From: an uncultured Granulosicoccaceae bacterium
GTDB taxonomy: Bacteria > Pseudomonadota > Gammaproteobacteria > Granulosicoccales > Granulosicoccaceae
DNA length: 64,000 bases
NCBI GenBank assembly: GCA_964390335.1
Contig: CAYMHU010000001.1
Coordinates: forward strand, 158,225 to 222,224
Reading direction: 5' to 3'
Below are positions 59,021 to 64,000 of the stretch, in pieces. How positions within the stretch are numbered: position 1 is the first letter of the stretch; every line of letters begins with the position of its first letter. The notes beneath the pieces were generated by a model. The model did not search any database and was not told where the DNA came from. It was given only the letters and a program-made list of their open reading frames with translations. A program made the position numbers and the translations under genes.

Positions 59021-59992
59021 CTAAGTGCCGGTTTTGGCAACAACCGCAATAAACACGTCTTCGAGTGTCATTGAGTCTTCTCGCCAACCTGGCCTTAGGG
59101 GTATATCGCGCGGTGCGCCATACGGAAATTGCAACACCATGGTGTGCCTGCCATGGCGGCTAAGTGATTGCAGAACGTGGTCTGCGTTGTTGACGAAGTC
59201 TCCGGGAATATCACCTGGTTGATAGTAATCATTGCTTATTGAATAGGTAACAATACTGTTTGACAACGGCTCCAGTGCACCCTCGTACACAGCTTTGCCC
59301 GACTCCACAATACCAATACGATCGGCTATCGCTTCGATATCATCAATAAGGTGAGTGGAAAAAAATATGGTGGTGTCATCCTTTCGTGCTTCTTCACTAA
59401 CAAGATCAAGAAACTCCCTCCGCGCAACCGGATCCATACCGGCGGTTGGCTCGTCCAATATAAGGCATTCAGGTTTTGTCGCCAGCGCAACGGTGAGCGC
59501 AAGCTTTGCTTTCATGCCACCAGAAAATGTACCCACTTTACGCTTAAAAGGTAAATCGAACTGCGACAGGACATCTCGATAGCGTTGTTCATCCCAGCGC
59601 GGATAAAATCCACGTACAAACTTGCCCAATACTTTTGGCGTCATCCAGGGATAAAAATGTTGCTCCTGAGCAACGTAGCCTACACGTTGCCTTGCAGCAA
59701 CAACGTTGTCAGACACAGACTGTCCAAACAAATGAATCGAGCCACTAGAGATTTTGGTAATCCCCATAATCATTCTGATGGCAGTCGATTTACCAGCGCC
59801 ATTACGGCCTAAGAAGCCATAAACCTCGCCTTTTTGTACTTGCAGCGATAATCCATTTAAAACTTGTAGTGAACCATATCGCTTGCACACATTGTTAAGG
59901 GCAATAACGGGGGATTCTGACCGCGAAGTCATTATTCCATCAGACTGTAAAGACCCAACAGATCCGGCCTGAGCAAGTGCGGGAGAATTCAT
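59021..59992 (-). CDS. ABC transporter ATP-binding protein (DrrA/CcmA-like exporter type)
   Basis: GRNGAGKST, FSGGMKAK, LILDEPTAGMDP, STH. Confidence 0.9.
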   Translation of the reverse strand: MNSPALAQAGSVGSLQSDGIMTSRSESPVIALNNVCKRYGSLQVLNGLSLQVQKGEVYGFLGRNGAGKSTAIRMIMGITKISSGSIHLFGQSVSDNVVAARQRVGYVAQEQHFYPWMTPKVLGKFVRGFYPRWDEQRYRDVLSQFDLPFKRKVGTFSGGMKAKLALTVALATKPECLILDEPTAGMDPVARREFLDLVSEEARKDDTTIFFSTHLIDDIEAIADRIGIVESGKAVYEGALEPLSNSIVTYSISNDYYQPGDIPGDFVNNADHVLQSLSRHGRHTMVLQFPYGAPRDIPLRPGWREDSMTLEDVFIAVVAKTGT

Positions 59993-60046
59993 GGTTGGTT
60001 TTCCAAACTTGATCGGAGCAGTTTATCACTGGTCTGACAATTTACA

Positions 60047-60862
60047 TTAATGGGTCATAGAATAGATAACATAATTAACACCCATCCGATACGCCAAACC
60101 AGTAAAGCGCTCTGGATACTGTGCATCGTCGGCATGCTCCCATGCGTCACCTAAATCCTGATTAAAATTGACAGCAACCATAATTCGACCCAAGTCGTCT
60201 GTTATGCCAAGCCAAACGGGTTTGGTACCGCCTTTCTCCCACGTTCTACCGCTCATTACCGCTCTTATTCCGGGGATTTGTATGAGCGCGTCTATGGCAT
60301 AAACCAATTGAAAGGGTTCTGAGGATTTCTCCAGTTTTTCCATTTTACGATTTGGAAATATTGATTTCATGAGGGTTTCAAAATGACGCCATTCATAAGC
60401 ACCGTGAAAATCATCAACCATTAAAAACCCACCCCGCAACAGGTACTCGCGTAAACGATCCTGCTCTGCTGGCGATAAGTACATATGGCCCACTTCAACC
60501 GCATACAACCAAGGGAAATCATATAGCTCGTCTGTTTTTAAATTAACAAGCGTGCCTTCCGAATTTGTATCAACGCGGCTTAATCGCTGTAATCCTTGCG
60601 AGAAATGATATTCTGCATCCGGCCAATCGGCGCGCCAACGTGGCCATTCAAAACCACCGCTATAGGTGAGTCGTGCGAAGGTGAACTCGTGCGCAGGGCT
60701 ACGCACTACACTGCCACCAACGTTTGCGCGGTTACTGACAGGTAGTTCCTGTATCTGCACAAGTGGCTCAGCGCTTGCGCCTGCTATTGAGCTTAGCAAT
60801 AAACAACCTAGTGCTAAGCGCAGCAGAAAAGCGAGAACATTTGTTAAATAGGATTCGCGCAT
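60047..60862 (-). CDS. DUF4159 domain protein
   Basis: FTFARLTY..W..DWPDAE, YDFPWLY, LREYLLRGGFLMVDDFHG, GVNYVIYSMTH. Confidence 0.8.
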   Translation of the reverse strand: MRESYLTNVLAFLLRLALGCLLLSSIAGASAEPLVQIQELPVSNRANVGGSVVRSPAHEFTFARLTYSGGFEWPRWRADWPDAEYHFSQGLQRLSRVDTNSEGTLVNLKTDELYDFPWLYAVEVGHMYLSPAEQDRLREYLLRGGFLMVDDFHGAYEWRHFETLMKSIFPNRKMEKLEKSSEPFQLVYAIDALIQIPGIRAVMSGRTWEKGGTKPVWLGITDDLGRIMVAVNFNQDLGDAWEHADDAQYPERFTGLAYRMGVNYVIYSMTH

Positions 60863-60936
60863 ACAAAAACTATACGCTAGATCCGCGGCTTGCGGAACAG
60901 CCAAACGCGCAAACCGTTTGGCTTTACATTACCGTA

Positions 60937-62253
60937 TTAATGAGTACCTACTTTTTCCGGAATCAGGCCCCTGGGGCTAAAGCGCAGCGCCAGCAGCAAA
61001 ATAACCCCCATGGTCATAAGCCGCATATGCGCAGCTGAATCTATCAGGTGCAGGCGCAGCGGACTATCGGTATCCATACCAGCCGTTATGGCGTGCATGA
61101 GCCAGGTACCCATAGGCTCAGCTTCAACCCAGAAAAACCAGATTACAAAACCACCCAGAACCGCACCCCAGTTGTTACCCGAACCACCAACAATGACCAT
61201 AACCCAGATTAAGAAGGTGAATCTTAATGGGTGATAAGTTGACGGTGTTAGCTGACCATCGATAGTGGTGAGCATGGCACCTGCGATACCAACAACAATA
61301 CCGCCCAATACGAATACCTGTAGATGACGCGCCTTTACATCTTTGCCCATAGCGCTGGCAGATACTTCGTTATCTCTGATTGCGCGCATCATGCGTCCCC
61401 ATGGAGAGCGCAGCGCTTTTTCTGAAAACCATAGAATAATCAGTAGAACAATTGCGAATAACACGGCATAAGCAATCTTGACAAAGATACTGGAGAACGT
61501 GACAGGGTCTGCGCCTAATCGTTGCGACAGATCGATAAACCAACTTGTTTGCTGCAAATCAATTTCATATGGCACTGGACGCGGTAAACCGGTCACGTTT
61601 TTAACGCCACGCGTGAGCCAGTCTTCATGCTTTAGCATGGCGACGATGATCTCTGAAATGCCCAGCGTTGCAATGGCCAGATAATCGGTGCGTAAACCTA
61701 AGGTGATTTTGCCAACAACCCAGGCAGCCGCTCCGGCAAACAAGCCACCAATCGGCCATGCCAACAATATAGGCAAACCTAGGCCACCTAAGTATCCGGT
61801 TGCTGCAGGATTGACTTTTTCAATAGCAAGCGTTGCAGGATCAGTGACCTTCCGCAGTAAGTAATAGCCAACAATACATAAGACGACCACGACCGCTATG
61901 CGAAACCGCTTACCATCCATTTTTTTGAACGTAAATACAGCAGCAAGAATAGTGACCACTAAAATGATCAAACCAAACAATACGCCCACACCACCGACGG
62001 CCCAGGCTTCTCGTATCGGTGGCACAGAAATCAGCATAGCTGCTAATCCGCCCAACGCTGCAAAACCCATAATACCTACGTTAAATAATCCCGCATAACC
62101 CCATTGGATATTGACGCCCAACGACATGATGGCTGAGATCAGACACAAATTAAGTATGGTCAGCGATAAATTCCAACTCTGAAATTGGCCAACAACAATA
62201 AACGCCGCGGCCATCAAGCTAAAATACAATACGTTTCTCATGGCAGAATTCAT
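60937..62253 (-). CDS. livM: Branched-chain amino acid ABC permease (LivM-like)
   Basis: GYAGLFNVG, LRTDYLAIATLG, SPWGRMMRAIRDNE, VGGSGNNWGAVLG. Confidence 0.85.
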   Translation of the reverse strand: MNSAMRNVLYFSLMAAAFIVVGQFQSWNLSLTILNLCLISAIMSLGVNIQWGYAGLFNVGIMGFAALGGLAAMLISVPPIREAWAVGGVGVLFGLIILVVTILAAVFTFKKMDGKRFRIAVVVVLCIVGYYLLRKVTDPATLAIEKVNPAATGYLGGLGLPILLAWPIGGLFAGAAAWVVGKITLGLRTDYLAIATLGISEIIVAMLKHEDWLTRGVKNVTGLPRPVPYEIDLQQTSWFIDLSQRLGADPVTFSSIFVKIAYAVLFAIVLLIILWFSEKALRSPWGRMMRAIRDNEVSASAMGKDVKARHLQVFVLGGIVVGIAGAMLTTIDGQLTPSTYHPLRFTFLIWVMVIVGGSGNNWGAVLGGFVIWFFWVEAEPMGTWLMHAITAGMDTDSPLRLHLIDSAAHMRLMTMGVILLLALRFSPRGLIPEKVGTH

Positions 62254-63263
62254 ACGCCCGTCCCCTTAAAGATACCCGTAGGCCGGAATAACAGGACTAA
62301 CAATAAAATGACGAAACTGACGGCAAACTTGTAGTCGGTTGATAACAATTGCATTAAACCATCAGGTGCCCAATCACCGGGCACAAGATAAGCTGCGAAT
62401 CGCTTATAGGCGTAAGTGACCATGATTTCTGAGAACGCGATGACGAACCCACCGGCAATGGCACCCAAGGGATTGCCAAGACCACCAACAATGGCTGCAG
62501 CAAAAATTGGCAGCAGCAATTGGAAGTATGTAAACGGCTTAAACGACTTATCCAAACCATATAAAGTACCTGCAATGGTGGCTAGCGCCGCAGCAATAAT
62601 CCAGGTAACTGCAACAACTCTGTCTGGGTTTATTCCAGATAATAACGCCAGATCTTCGTTATCCGAATAGGCTCGCATTGACTTACCGGTTCTGGTTTTA
62701 TTGAGAAACCAAAACAAGACAGTAACAACAATAATCATGGTGACAACTGTGATGCCCTGACTGACCTTAATAGAAATACCTTCTGATAAACCAGTCATGG
62801 TTTTGAATTCGCGCGCTTTGATGATAAAGCGCTCCCCATCAGCGAAACGCTGATCATCGGGTCCGATGATAAAGCGCACAATACCATTGGTTACCAACAT
62901 CACCCCTACCGATGCTATTAAGTAAATAACCGGGTCGGCGCGTTTCTCTCTATAAAAGCGATACACAACACGGTCTGTTATGAGTAACCACACCGCACAT
63001 CCAATTATACCTAACGGCAATGCCAACAAGGCAGTAGGCAAAGGCCCAAAATTAATGCCCATCGATTGGAACCACCAAGTGAATAAGATGGTAATCATGG
63101 TTCCGAACGCCATGGTGTCGCCGTGTGCAAAATTTGAGAATCGTAGAATGCCAAATACCATGGTGACACCCAAAGCACCCAGGGCTAACTGACTGCCATA
63201 CGCTATGGCTGGCACCAACACAAAATTAGATAACAATGCGAATGCATTTAACACGTCTTGCAC
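62250..63263 (-). CDS. livH: Branched-chain amino acid ABC permease (LivH-like)
   Basis: FSNFAHGD, TRTGKSMRA.SDN, VGGLGNPLGA, RPTGIF; GTG start at 63263 inferred. Confidence 0.85.
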   Translation of the reverse strand: MQDVLNAFALLSNFVLVPAIAYGSQLALGALGVTMVFGILRFSNFAHGDTMAFGTMITILFTWWFQSMGINFGPLPTALLALPLGIIGCAVWLLITDRVVYRFYREKRADPVIYLIASVGVMLVTNGIVRFIIGPDDQRFADGERFIIKAREFKTMTGLSEGISIKVSQGITVVTMIIVVTVLFWFLNKTRTGKSMRAYSDNEDLALLSGINPDRVVAVTWIIAAALATIAGTLYGLDKSFKPFTYFQLLLPIFAAAIVGGLGNPLGAIAGGFVIAFSEIMVTYAYKRFAAYLVPGDWAPDGLMQLLSTDYKFAVSFVILLLVLLFRPTGIFKGTGV

Positions 63264-63264
63264 A

Positions 63265-63969
63265 TTAACCCCCAAGAAAACTCTTTCTGACTTCAGGATC
63301 ATTCATAAGTGCAACGCCTGTATCGGTGAATCGATTACGCCCTTGTACCAGCACGTACCCTTTATCTGCAATGTTCAACGCTTGCCGCGCATTTTGCTCA
63401 ACCATCAAGATAGAGATGCCTGTTCTGGCAACTTCAATAATACGATCAAACAATTCATCCATAACAATAGGTGACACACCGGCTGTTGGTTCATCCAACA
63501 TCAGCACTTTGGGCTGAGTCATTAACGCCCTGCCCACTGCAACTTGTTGTCTTTGACCACCGGATAATTCACCGGCATTCTGATTGCGCTTTTCGCCAAG
63601 AATTGGAAATAGCTCATACACTTGTTCCATCGTCGTGTTGATATCGTCACGTCTTAAAAAAGCGCCCATCTCCAAATTTTCGGACACCGACATAGACGGA
63701 AAAACGTTGTTGTTTTGCGGTACAAACGCCATGCCCTTGGCAACGCGGGCCTGAGGGGTGAGCGTCGTGATGTCTTCACCTTCCAACAAAACCTGGCCCG
63801 TGTGAATAGTTAACATGCCAAAAATGGCTTTCATCGCAGTTGATTTACCAGCTCCGTTGGGTCCAACTATGACGGCGATTTCTCCTTTCTCAGCGGCAAT
63901 GGTGCAATCGTGCAGGATATCTGCACCGCCATAGCCACCGGTCATGTTCTCACCGATTAAATAACTCAT
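63265..63969 (-). CDS. livF: Branched-chain amino acid ABC ATPase (LivF-like)
   Basis: GPNGAGKST, LSGGQRQ, LDEPTAG, MVEQNA, VRKSFLGG. Confidence 0.9.
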   Translation of the reverse strand: MSYLIGENMTGGYGGADILHDCTIAAEKGEIAVIVGPNGAGKSTAMKAIFGMLTIHTGQVLLEGEDITTLTPQARVAKGMAFVPQNNNVFPSMSVSENLEMGAFLRRDDINTTMEQVYELFPILGEKRNQNAGELSGGQRQQVAVGRALMTQPKVLMLDEPTAGVSPIVMDELFDRIIEVARTGISILMVEQNARQALNIADKGYVLVQGRNRFTDTGVALMNDPEVRKSFLGG

Positions 63970-64000
63970 GAGGTCGCCTTGTTTTTCAAACCTGTACCCA
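63966..64000 (-). CDS. 3' end of probable LivG-like ABC ATPase (partial)
   Basis: GTGLKNKATS* with ATGA overlap onto livF start. Confidence 0.5.
   Translation of the reverse strand, partial: GTGLKNKATS

Noticed and set aside
1-64000. tRNA, rRNA, riboswitch, IS transposase, and the many short antisense ORFs in the track
   Set aside because: No cloverleaf, rRNA, riboswitch or DDE/HUH signatures seen by eye; the antisense ORFs lie opposite well-supported genes and lack motifs.

Overview
Chromosomal segment of a gammaproteobacterium; a marine Granulosicoccus/Chromatiales-like lineage is inferred from gene style and was not verified. Housekeeping backbone: tcdA, trmB, metA, plsC-gmhB-glyS-glyQ, glnA-ntrBC, asnS-holA, pyrD, Pat/deacetylase, SNF2, pldA, mscS, liv ABC genes. 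Two accessory patches stand out. (1) 9.6-15.1 kb is a co-oriented string of short genes: DUF222-HNH with a LexA box, DUF4375, a lipoprotein, an Xre/RES toxin-antitoxin (TA) pair and a deleted DUF6176-like gene. A degenerate ~24-bp quasi-palindromic repeat (GNCNGCT-N2-KKGCC-...-GAC) lies in every intergenic gap, next to stop and start codons. This resembles a gene-cassette array, but there is no attC and no integrase in the window. (2) 31.0-33.9 kb holds TA modules and gene remnants, with more copies of that repeat. Its TA block lies between two largely synonymously diverged copies of the last 31 codons of a prepilin-like gene. Other notable items: a Hanks kinase plus a type II glutamine synthetase inside the glnA-DUF4124-ntrBC locus; an ABC system whose two permeases carry one active and one dead gluzincin domain; a HisKA-REC protein lacking the ATPase domain; an orphan exported EndoU; and four genes broken by deletion. 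No rRNA, tRNA, CRISPR array or transposase was seen. All family calls come from motif recognition by eye, not database searches.
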